Source: a virus
Lineage: Duplodnaviria > Caudoviricetes
DNA length: 51,518 nt
Direction: 5' to 3' (one strand)
IMG/VR virus record: IMGVR_UViG_3300017960_000020
Location: 1 to 51,518 of that record
Below the pieces are notes generated by a model. That model did no database searches. It was not told where the DNA came from and saw only the letters and a program-made list of their open reading frames with translations. Position 1 is the stretch's first letter; every line of letters starts with the position of its first letter. This document shows positions 15,750 to 24,284 of this stretch, piece after piece. Both the position numbers and the translations under genes were made by a program.

Positions 15750-18535
15750 CCAGAGCCCTCAGCCGAACCAGCCAAGCGCGCACCCCGCGCCTCGCGGTCC
15801 CCACCCAGCGGGCCACCGCCCACGAGATCAAGAGCCTGCAGCAGTGGGCCAAGAGCAAGCCGTCGAAGCGGTACGCGATGGGCGCTGAGGGGGCGCTGGT
15901 CTCCCCCCTGCGGCAGATCCCGTGGATCTACGCGGCGATCCGCAAGCTGTGGAGTGCAGTGGGTGTGGCCCCGCTGAAGTTCCGGGTCGATCAGGACCCC
16001 GAGAGCAACGATCTAGCGCCGACGGATCCGCTGGTGCGCCTGTTCGAGCGGCCGTCGCCGACGATGAGCCGCAAGGAGTACCTGACCCAGGTGGTCCAGT
16101 TCACCCAGACCACGGGCGAGGCGTTCCACGTCTTCCACGACGCGGAGGGTAGGGTGATTCGGCCGCTGGACGACGGCCTGGACGCCCCGATCCCGATGCC
16201 GGCGCAGATCACGGTCCGCCAGGGCGGCGGGCGCCTGGGGCTGCAGTACGAGCGCGGGCTGCCGAAGTCCTGGCGCTTCTCGGACGAGGAGGGCTCCCAC
16301 GAGATCCCCTTCGCCGCGGGCCTGAACGTCCGAATGCCGTCCGAGGAGGACAGGTACCGGGGCCTGGCGCCGCTGGCGCCCGTGCTGGGCATCGGGGAGG
16401 CGATGTTCCTGGCCGAGCTGATGAACCGGAAGCAGGCGAGTCGGGGCGGGCTGTCGGGTCTGGCGATGGTGAACAAGACGCGGACCCGGGACGACGTCTA
16501 CGAGACCATGCAGGAGATGGCCGACCGGGTGCAGGACTCGCTCGCGGACGGCCGGATCCCGTACATCGAGGGCGAGATCGACTTCAAGAAGCTCGTCGAC
16601 TCGCACCGGGAGATGGCGTATTCGCGGCTGTCCGAGCTCGGGCGCAAGGATATCTCGGCCGTGTTCGGGGTGCCGGACGCCGTGCTGGGCATGGGGTCGA
16701 GCAACTACGCGACCTTCGCCGGCGAGATGCGGGGCATGTGGGAGACCACGGTCCGTGATCTGCAGTGCATGATCGAGGACGCGATCAACTGGCACTTGAT
16801 CCCGCGGCTGCGAGTCGGGAGCCGAGAGGTGCAGGCCTGGGCGTACTTCGACAACTCGAAGGTGGCGTGGCTCCAGCCGGACTACGAGGAGCTCGGGCGG
16901 CAGGCCCGGGGTTTGATGGCGGTCGGCGTCCCGCGGCGCGCGGCGCTCGATCGGGTGGGCCTAGTCGAGGTCGAGGACACGGAGTTCGACGAGATCCCGA
17001 TGTTGGAGGGAGGCCTGGAGTCCTTCGCCGAGGCGGTCCGCGGCTCTGGCGACGAGTCGGCGCCAGGGCTCTCGCCTGAGCAAGCCGCAGAGTTGCGCGC
17101 GATCCTGCTGGACGTGGGCAAGGGCGCGCTGTCGCCCGAGGCTGCCGTGCTGTTGATCGCGTCCGCGCTGCCGATCGAGGAGGCGGACGCCCGCAAGATG
17201 GTCGAGGCCATCGAGATCAAGGAGCCCCAGCCGGTGCCGGCGGCGCTACAGAACCAGCCGCCGCCCGTGTCGCCTGGCCCGCCCGAGGAGCCCGACCAGG
17301 AGCGCGCCGCGCGCCCGTTCGAGATCCGCCTGTCCCCCCGGCTAGAGACCCGGACCCGCATGGTCTCCCAGACCCCCCAAGCCGAGCGGGACGCGATCTA
17401 CGAGGAGTTGGAGGCTCGACGCGAGGAGGGCGACTCCAAGATCAGCCGCGCGGTCCGCCAAGTCTGGCGCGAGGCCAAAGAACGCCAGCTCGAGCACCTG
17501 CGCGCCTTCGCTGCCGGTGGTGGGTCGCGCCTCCCCCGCCGATCGCTCTACGGCGAGGACCGCGGGATCCGCCTGCTGGGGTCCGAGTTGCGCGACCTCG
17601 CCAAGGCGATCCGCGCCGACCGGGAGCAGGGCGAGCAGCTCGTGCCCATCCTCGACTGCTGCGGCCAGGAGATCGCCGCCTGGTGGGCGCCGGTCGAGGA
17701 ACGGCAGCGCAACTGGTTCGCCGACCACGGCAACCTGGCCAGCCTGCCCGGTGGCCTGCGCCGCTTGGCGGACGTGGCCGTGTTGCGCGAGGCGGACCCG
17801 AACCTGTCTGAAGCCGAGATCGAGGCCCTGTTGGTCCTGGGGAGCCCGGAGTGGGCCAAGGAGATCGCGGAGGCCTTGGAGCCGGTGTTCCTCGACGTGC
17901 TGGGCGACGCGGTCCGCCGGGCGAACTCGGACCTCTCGATCCCGTACTTGGCCGAGCCGGACGCCGTCTTGCTGCGTCTGGCGCGGGAGAACCGGATCAA
18001 GCTGGCCCGCGACATCCAGGGCACCCTGGCGACTCGCGTGCGCTCGGCGATGGTTCGGACCCTGAGTGAGGGGCCGGCGACCGTGACGGGGATCCGGGAG
18101 CGCGTGCGCGAGACGCTCGCCGAGCTCGAGGAGACCGTCGAGGACCAGTTCGGCAAGGCCAACGACCGGGCGCTGACCATCGCGCGGACCGAGACGGCCT
18201 ACCTGGACAACGCCGCAGAGTTCCGCACCAGCGAGCTAGGCCGCGACGCCGGCGAGTTCCTGACGCACGAGTGGCTCGCAGCCTCCCGCAACTCGCCTCC
18301 CACCGGCCGCACCCGCCCGACCCACGTTGAGGTGGATCGGACAGTCCAGTTCATCGGCCAGGCGTTCCGCGTCGGCAAACACCTCCTGCTCCACCCGGGC
18401 GACAAGCAGGTCGACGCCCCCGAGGAGACCATCAACTGCCGCTGTGCGCTGCGCCGCCGCCGGCTCCAGACCGACCTCGACGAGGGTCTGATCGACCAAG
18501 CCACCTTCGACCGCCTCCAGAACGGGGCCGCCTGA
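15746..18535 (+). CDS. Portal protein fused to a MuF/SPP1-gp7-like head morphogenesis domain
   Basis: HK97-portal motifs (WIYAAIR, YRGLAPL, ISAVFGVP..LG..SNYAT) in the N-half; C-terminal RALTIARTET, TRPTH and HPGD...EETINCRC. Confidence 0.9.
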   Translation: MTRALSRTSQARTPRLAVPTQRATAHEIKSLQQWAKSKPSKRYAMGAEGALVSPLRQIPWIYAAIRKLWSAVGVAPLKFRVDQDPESNDLAPTDPLVRLFERPSPTMSRKEYLTQVVQFTQTTGEAFHVFHDAEGRVIRPLDDGLDAPIPMPAQITVRQGGGRLGLQYERGLPKSWRFSDEEGSHEIPFAAGLNVRMPSEEDRYRGLAPLAPVLGIGEAMFLAELMNRKQASRGGLSGLAMVNKTRTRDDVYETMQEMADRVQDSLADGRIPYIEGEIDFKKLVDSHREMAYSRLSELGRKDISAVFGVPDAVLGMGSSNYATFAGEMRGMWETTVRDLQCMIEDAINWHLIPRLRVGSREVQAWAYFDNSKVAWLQPDYEELGRQARGLMAVGVPRRAALDRVGLVEVEDTEFDEIPMLEGGLESFAEAVRGSGDESAPGLSPEQAAELRAILLDVGKGALSPEAAVLLIASALPIEEADARKMVEAIEIKEPQPVPAALQNQPPPVSPGPPEEPDQERAARPFEIRLSPRLETRTRMVSQTPQAERDAIYEELEARREEGDSKISRAVRQVWREAKERQLEHLRAFAAGGGSRLPRRSLYGEDRGIRLLGSELRDLAKAIRADREQGEQLVPILDCCGQEIAAWWAPVEERQRNWFADHGNLASLPGGLRRLADVAVLREADPNLSEAEIEALLVLGSPEWAKEIAEALEPVFLDVLGDAVRRANSDLSIPYLAEPDAVLLRLARENRIKLARDIQGTLATRVRSAMVRTLSEGPATVTGIRERVRETLAELEETVEDQFGKANDRALTIARTETAYLDNAAEFRTSELGRDAGEFLTHEWLAASRNSPPTGRTRPTHVEVDRTVQFIGQAFRVGKHLLLHPGDKQVDAPEETINCRCALRRRRLQTDLDEGLIDQATFDRLQNGAA

Positions 18536-18539
18536 TCCC

Positions 18540-19907
18540 ATGACTGACCTCGACCTCAACCTCCTCGACGCTGTCCGCCTGGGCGTGGCCAGCCCTCACG
18601 AGATGCGCCAGGCCGCGGACGTTGTCCGCACCTTCAAGTCCCAGGGCAACATGCTCCTGCGGGGCTCGGCAAGCCCGAAGCCGGTCATCGAGCGCGCCGC
18701 GATCAACCGCGAGGCCCGCTCGATCACCTACGCCGGGTCCGTCGAGATCGTCGACCGGATGGGCGACCTGATCCTCCAGCGCGGCTGGGAGACCGACAAC
18801 TGGAGCGAGCACGGCGGAGTCTTCCTGTGGATCCACGACCACGGCGACATCATTGGCCAGGGCATCCAGACCGGCCTGGGTCAGGCGACCTACCGCGGCG
18901 CCCAGTACCCCGCGCAGCTCTTCGAGATCGGCTACCTGTCCGAGGACCTGAACCCCGCCTCCGAGGTCGTCTGGCGCCTCGCGTCGGGCCAGGGCACCCC
19001 CACCGGCCGCCCGCTACTCAAGGGCGTCTCCGTGGGCTTCCGCGGGCTGGACATGCGGGCCTTCGACTCCGACGAGCGCGAGAAGTACGGTCTGCCGGAC
19101 GACCACTGGGGGCTCGTGTTCGAGCGCCAGGACCTGCTCGAGCTGTCCCAGGCGCCGGTCCCGGCGAACCAGGGCGCGTTCACCCTCAGCGACACAAAGG
19201 CGGACCGCAAGTTCGCCGCGCAGGTGGACGAGGCGTTGGGGCACATGGTCAGCGAAGGCCAGATCAGCGCGAGCCTCGAGCGCCTCTTCCGCGAGCGCTA
19301 CCAGGTGAGCCCCGGCGAGGCCGCGAAGAAGGCCGCCGAGCGCGCCAAGTCGTTCACCGATCTAGGGTCGTGGGAGTGGCCGAAGGCTGCGGCGCAAGCC
19401 GTTACCGAGGAGCGCGGGGCTCAGATTCCCGAAAAGGCTACCGACGACACGGAAAAGTTCGGCGAAGCGGACGACGTTACGCCCGCAACAGAGAGGGCGG
19501 AGAGTGTTGGGCAGCGCGGGAAAGGTGGTGAGATCGAAACGCTTGACGGGCTCTTGGACGTGGTCCGCGAGTTGACGCCCGATGGGGTCTCTTCGCTTCG
19601 CCGTCTTAGCGTAACGCTCGAACGCGCGCGGATGATGGTGGATCGCGCGCTGGATGACTTCGAGGCCGCGCAACGCGCTTGCAGCGGTGGATCGAATAGC
19701 GACAGCATGGTTGGCGAACGTGCTACCAACACGGACGTGGCCGAGCTGTTGCAACGAGTCGAGCGACTCGAGCAGCGAGGTCAAACCGAACTGGAAGCCA
19801 CGCCTGCAGTCGAGAGAGGGGCGGAGCAGGCGATCGACTTCACCGATCTACTCGACCGCTACCGACCCAATGCCGCCGGAAACCAACACGCCGGAGCAGC
19901 ACGATGA
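18540..19907 (+). CDS. HK97-type prohead protease with C-terminal extension
   Basis: VDRMGDLI..RGW, FLWIHDH, LKGVSVGF, LLELSQAPVPAN. Confidence 0.88.
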   Translation: MTDLDLNLLDAVRLGVASPHEMRQAADVVRTFKSQGNMLLRGSASPKPVIERAAINREARSITYAGSVEIVDRMGDLILQRGWETDNWSEHGGVFLWIHDHGDIIGQGIQTGLGQATYRGAQYPAQLFEIGYLSEDLNPASEVVWRLASGQGTPTGRPLLKGVSVGFRGLDMRAFDSDEREKYGLPDDHWGLVFERQDLLELSQAPVPANQGAFTLSDTKADRKFAAQVDEALGHMVSEGQISASLERLFRERYQVSPGEAAKKAAERAKSFTDLGSWEWPKAAAQAVTEERGAQIPEKATDDTEKFGEADDVTPATERAESVGQRGKGGEIETLDGLLDVVRELTPDGVSSLRRLSVTLERARMMVDRALDDFEAAQRACSGGSNSDSMVGERATNTDVAELLQRVERLEQRGQTELEATPAVERGAEQAIDFTDLLDRYRPNAAGNQHAGAAR

Positions 19908-21234
19908 GCTGCTGAAGGGCATCGACGGGCTGCTCTCCAAGCGAGACGCAACCCTCGTGTCCGATCTCGACACCAAGCTGGCCCAGGCCAAGACGGACGC
20001 TCGCCAAGAGGTCGCGCGCCTGGCCGAAGAGCACAAGGCGAGCCTGACCGACCTGGAGAAGATGCTCCAGGCGTCCTCGCTGGACCTGACCGACGAGCAG
20101 GCCGCCAAGGTCAAGGAGATCGTCGCGGAGCGCATCCAGGCGATCCGCACCCAGGCCAAGGAGTCCTCGGGCTCCGACAAGGAGGAGACCGCCGACAAGG
20201 CGCTCGACTTCAACTTCGCCCGAGCCGCTGAAGGCTCGATGGTCGACTGGAAGGGCACCGCCAAGCAACTGCCCGAGTACAAGGCGACCATGGAGGCCAC
20301 CGAGAAGGCCGTCCAAGCTGATGTCGACGTGCAGGGCGGCTTCGCGGTCCCGGCGGCCTACATGGCCAACCGCCTGATCCCGGCCCTGGAGGCGCGCACC
20401 GTTTCGCTTCAGCTGGGCGCCACGGTGATCGACTCCCTGGACGGCGCTCCGGGCGAGATCCCGCGCATCACCAACGTCCCCGACGCGGAGTGGGTCGGCG
20501 AGGTCCAGGAGTCCAGCGACACGGACGTCAAGTTCGGGATGCTGCGCCTGAACCCGCACGGCCTGGTGAGCTACATCCCGGTCTCGCGGCGCTTTCTGCG
20601 TATGTCGGCCCTGTCCAGCGGCCAGAGCCTGATCGAGCAGCACATGGCGCGCGCGCTGTCGCGCAAGGCCGACCTGGCCGCCCTGAAGGGTGACGGCGCC
20701 AGCGGTCAGCCCCGCGGCATGTACAACACCACCGGCATCGGCGAGGTGGACTGGAACTCGGCGGACTTCGCCGGCGCCGACCAGAACGTCAGCGACCTGG
20801 CTGACCAGATGATCGGCAAGCTCGAGGACAACGACGCCTACGGCGGCCGCCTGGGCTGGGCCATGTCTCCGGCGGTGCGTCGCAAGCTGCGAACCACCAA
20901 GGACGCTGACGGCCGTCCGCTGTTCTTCTCCACGATGGGGATGCGCGACGCCGCGGGCGGCAACCGCACCGTCGGCGCCATCGCCGGGGAGTTCTACGAC
21001 TTCCCCTACGCCACCACCACGCAGCTGGCTGGCGGCGACCCGGGCGACCTGATCCTCGCCGACTGGGAGACCCTGATCTTCGGCTACTTCGAGCAGCTCG
21101 TCTTCGACGTCTCGGAACACGTCCTCTTCAAGAAGCGCCAGCTCGCCCTGCGCGCCTACATGGAGGTGGACATGGGTGTCCAGCACCCCGAGGCCATCGC
21201 CATCGCCAACAACCTCGACGCCACGGGGGTCTGA
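19870..21234 (+). CDS. Major capsid protein (HK97 fold)
   Basis: Coiled-coil N-terminal delta domain, GGFAVP, AEWVGE, GDGASGQPRG, KDADGRPLF; ATG 19870. Confidence 0.95.
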   Translation: MPPETNTPEQHDELLKGIDGLLSKRDATLVSDLDTKLAQAKTDARQEVARLAEEHKASLTDLEKMLQASSLDLTDEQAAKVKEIVAERIQAIRTQAKESSGSDKEETADKALDFNFARAAEGSMVDWKGTAKQLPEYKATMEATEKAVQADVDVQGGFAVPAAYMANRLIPALEARTVSLQLGATVIDSLDGAPGEIPRITNVPDAEWVGEVQESSDTDVKFGMLRLNPHGLVSYIPVSRRFLRMSALSSGQSLIEQHMARALSRKADLAALKGDGASGQPRGMYNTTGIGEVDWNSADFAGADQNVSDLADQMIGKLEDNDAYGGRLGWAMSPAVRRKLRTTKDADGRPLFFSTMGMRDAAGGNRTVGAIAGEFYDFPYATTTQLAGGDPGDLILADWETLIFGYFEQLVFDVSEHVLFKKRQLALRAYMEVDMGVQHPEAIAIANNLDATGV

Positions 21235-21238
21235 TCTC

Positions 21239-21682
21239 ATGCGACTGAACTTCGAGCAACTCGGCCAGGTCGTTGGCCACATCGACGCGGGAACCATGTC
21301 GGACACGGACACGCTCCTGTCCGCCGGGGTCGACCGCAACGACTACACGCAGATCGTCCTAGTGCTGGATCTCGGCGCCATGGGCGGCGCGCTGAACTGC
21401 CAGCTGTTGACCAGCGCCACGAACAGCGGCTACGCGGCGGCTTCGCCGAGCACAGAGATCGTGATCCCCGACACCGGGGACAACTCGACCTACGTCGTGC
21501 GCTGGGACCTGAAAAACGCCACCCAGCTCAACAAGTTCGTGCAGGTCGAGATCGAGGCCGACGGCGGCTCGGTCGTGGTCGCGGGAGCGATGGTGTTCCT
21601 GTTCGGTCCGGGCGACACCAACGACATCCCGGCCGCGAACGCGACCTACGTCTACAACGGCAACGAGGCCGCGGCCTCCTGA
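21239..21682 (+). CDS. Putative capsid decoration/cement protein 1
   Basis: Beta-rich ~147 aa protein right after the capsid gene; SAGVDRNDY motif shared with the next gene. Confidence 0.6.
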   Translation: MRLNFEQLGQVVGHIDAGTMSDTDTLLSAGVDRNDYTQIVLVLDLGAMGGALNCQLLTSATNSGYAAASPSTEIVIPDTGDNSTYVVRWDLKNATQLNKFVQVEIEADGGSVVVAGAMVFLFGPGDTNDIPAANATYVYNGNEAAAS

Positions 21683-21710
21683 ACTGAGGGTCCCCTCCCC
21701 CTCACCCCGG

Positions 21711-21742
21711 GGGGGCTGTCTAACGCGAGTGGGCAGTCCCCC
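21711..21742 (+). terminator. GC-rich hairpin after the capsid/decoration genes (no U-tract)
   Basis: GGGGCTGTCT...GGGCAGTCCC stem including GU pairs. Confidence 0.35.
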
Positions 21743-21767
21743 CACCCTTCACGCCGCCTAGCGCTCC

Positions 21768-22172
21768 ATGCACCGTTCGATCGAGACCGTCTGCCAGCTG
21801 GCCGAGATCCTGCCTTCCGCCGTGGCCGACTCGGGCCAGTCCGCCGGCATCGACCTGCGGGGCTACGAGGGCTGCATCATCGGCATCTCGATCCTTGGCG
21901 GAGGCGGCGGCACGGTCCGACTGCAGACCGCCGCCCCGAACGGGAGCCAGGTTCCGAGCGGCGGCGACTACGCCAACGAGGGCGCGACGCTCGTCGTGCC
22001 CGCGGGGAACGGCAGCTACCGGATTAAGGTGACCACGGCGAACCTATCCAAGCCGTTCCTGCGGTTCATCTGGAACGTCTCCAGCAGTCCTGGCGTGACC
22101 TCCTGGGCGGTCCGCGCTTTGGCCTCGGGGCCTGCTGGCAACCTGAACGAGGCCTTCGACCTGGAACTCTAA
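21768..22172 (+). CDS. Putative capsid decoration/cement protein 2 (paralog of 21239)
   Basis: SAGIDLRGY...VRLQTA...KPFLR parallels SAGVDRNDY...CQLLTS...NKFVQ. Confidence 0.6.
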   Translation: MHRSIETVCQLAEILPSAVADSGQSAGIDLRGYEGCIIGISILGGGGGTVRLQTAAPNGSQVPSGGDYANEGATLVVPAGNGSYRIKVTTANLSKPFLRFIWNVSSSPGVTSWAVRALASGPAGNLNEAFDLEL

Positions 22173-22185
22173 GGGGAGGACCCAC

Positions 22186-22647
22186 ATGCCGGCGAAGACT
22201 GGCACCACCCGATCCCGCACCTCGAAGGCCCGGAGCAAGAAAGCTCCCGCGGCTGAGGTGCTCGAAGTGCGCCCCACGCGCGCGATCTCCTGGCCCGACG
22301 AGACCTTCCGGGGTCGAGGCGCGCGGCGCGAGATCACCGGCTACGACAAGGCCGGGAAGGCGATCTACGGCATGTCGGAGCCCTACCGGGTGCTTTCGAC
22401 GGACCCGTTCATCGACGGCCAGCGGCACAACCTGCAGCCAGCCCCCGAGGGGTCGGAAGCGGTTCCTACGACCGAGTGGCCGCGCAAGTGGGCCAAGCGC
22501 GCGACCGAGCTCGGTGGCGCGATCATGGACAAGCGCTCCCGTCGCGAGATCGGCACGGACGCGCTCGTGCAAGACGTCGACGACAGCCAGATCCCCGAGC
22601 CCGACCTGGGCGACGATCTGGACGCGGACCTCGAGGCCCTCGGCTGA
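22186..22647 (+). CDS. Hypothetical protein (head region)
   Basis: GGGGAGG RBS; codon bias. Confidence 0.7.
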   Translation: MPAKTGTTRSRTSKARSKKAPAAEVLEVRPTRAISWPDETFRGRGARREITGYDKAGKAIYGMSEPYRVLSTDPFIDGQRHNLQPAPEGSEAVPTTEWPRKWAKRATELGGAIMDKRSRREIGTDALVQDVDDSQIPEPDLGDDLDADLEALG

Positions 22648-22658
22648 GGGCCTGACCC

Positions 22659-23270
22659 GTGGCGTCTCTGATCACCTGGGACTTCTACCGGACGTGGGTC
22701 GGCACTGCCGATCTGCCGTCCGGTGCGTCCGACGTGCAGGAGACGTTCGACCTCCTGAACCCCCAGGTGGGCTCGATGATCGAGAACTACCTGGGCCGCC
22801 GGGTGATCCAGGGCACCGTCACCGAGCAGAAGCGGACCCAGCCGGACCGCGAGATCTACCACCTCCGCAACTTCCCGGTGCAGTCGGTCACGTCCGTCGA
22901 GTACGACCCCGAGGCGCGCTTCGAGTCGGGCTCCGATTACACCGTGGCGACCGACGCCTACGCGGTGGATCTGACCACCGGGCGGCTCTGGCTGGACATC
23001 ATGGTCGACCGGACGCCGTTCGGCCTGCGGGTGGTCTACGAGGGCGGGATGGTCGCGGACGTGGCGACCCTCGAGACCCCGTCTAACGAGTACCACCCGA
23101 TCGCGGTGGCCGCGGCCCAGCAGATCAACCACCTGTACGACCGCCGGGACTACCAGGGCGCGGAGAGCGTCAGCATGGGCCGAGCGAACGCCAGCTACGG
23201 CGGGGAGGCTCAGCTGCTCGAGGTGGTCCAGCAGACCCTGGCGCCCTTCAGGGCAGCGAGGGCGGGGTGA
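22659..23270 (+). CDS. Head-tail adaptor (gp6/gp15-like)
   Basis: IENYLGRR, LRNFPVQSVTSVEY, RVVYEGG, QQTLAPFR; position after the head genes. Confidence 0.8.
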   Translation: MASLITWDFYRTWVGTADLPSGASDVQETFDLLNPQVGSMIENYLGRRVIQGTVTEQKRTQPDREIYHLRNFPVQSVTSVEYDPEARFESGSDYTVATDAYAVDLTTGRLWLDIMVDRTPFGLRVVYEGGMVADVATLETPSNEYHPIAVAAAQQINHLYDRRDYQGAESVSMGRANASYGGEAQLLEVVQQTLAPFRAARAG

Positions 23271-23929
23271 CGCAGCGGTTCGAGTTCGTCGTCCGGGATG
23301 GTCCGCGGACCGCGCAGGAGATCTTTGCGCGGGGCCGGGCGCTGCGCGGCAGTGTGGAGCGTGCGTTCCGGGCGATCGGCGCCGAGTTCGTGGGACGTGC
23401 ACAGGGCCGCATCGACGGCGAGTGGAATCCGGCTCTCAACAAGCGCCGGACGACCCTGGTCAACCGGTCGGGAGCCCTGCGCCGGCGAGGACTTCGGGTG
23501 CAGACCGTCGGAGGCCAGCGCCTGCGGGACGTGGCGCTCCGCGTCTACATCACGCTCCCCTACGGCGTCACCCAGGAGTTCGGCGGCACCATCCGGCCGA
23601 AGCGGGCCAAGTACCTGACGATCCCGACGCCGGCCGCGCTGGACCCCTCCGGCATCCTCAAGAAGACCGCGCGCGAGTACCGCGCTGAAGGCGGGACATT
23701 CGTGTTTAACACGCCCAAGCGCCGCGAGAAGGGGCTGGGAGGGCTGATCGCGCGTCGGGTCGGCAAGAAGGGTAAGTTGGAGGTGCTGTTCGTCCTGGCG
23801 AAGCAGGTCAACGTCCCGGCCCGCTGGGGTCTGCGGAAAGATTGGCGCTCGTCGGACATGCTTAAGGTCCGCGGCCAGGAGATGACCTCGGCCATCCGAC
23901 GCGTGCTCAACGCCCAGGGGGCCGCCTGA
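23267..23929 (+). CDS. Tail completion / virion morphogenesis protein
   Basis: RSGALRR and YGVTQEFGGTIRPKRAKYLTIP; basic protein in the neck position. Confidence 0.7.
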   Translation: MTQRFEFVVRDGPRTAQEIFARGRALRGSVERAFRAIGAEFVGRAQGRIDGEWNPALNKRRTTLVNRSGALRRRGLRVQTVGGQRLRDVALRVYITLPYGVTQEFGGTIRPKRAKYLTIPTPAALDPSGILKKTAREYRAEGGTFVFNTPKRREKGLGGLIARRVGKKGKLEVLFVLAKQVNVPARWGLRKDWRSSDMLKVRGQEMTSAIRRVLNAQGAA

Positions 23930-24282
23930 TGGTCGCCTGGATCGAGACTGCCGGCACCCTGCGAGTCGGCTCCATGGGCTACCCCGTTCGCCGCGTGCGG
24001 ACGCTGGACGGCATCTCCGAGCCCGCCACCTCGGGGCTCGCGGTCGGCAAAACCACCGAGCAGATCCCGCGCGAGTCCTGGGAGGTCGAGTTGGAGCTTC
24101 GCTCCGGCGCTGAACTGTCCGTGCTCCGCGGTGACGTACAGACCGCCCGAGGCGGCGCGCTCCCCCTGTTCTGGACGGACGACGAGGGCCAGATCCGCGA
24201 GGTCTACCTGACCGCGCCGGTGGAGTCTCTGATCCGCCGAGGGCGCATCGTGTCGCGCCTGGCGCTTGAGGAGGTCGTCTAG
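23929..24282 (+). CDS. Small tail protein, lambda gpM/Dit-like
   Basis: ESWEVEL...ARGGALPLFWTD pattern and ~117 aa size. Confidence 0.45.
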   Translation: MVAWIETAGTLRVGSMGYPVRRVRTLDGISEPATSGLAVGKTTEQIPRESWEVELELRSGAELSVLRGDVQTARGGALPLFWTDDEGQIREVYLTAPVESLIRRGRIVSRLALEEVV

Positions 24283-24284
24283 CC

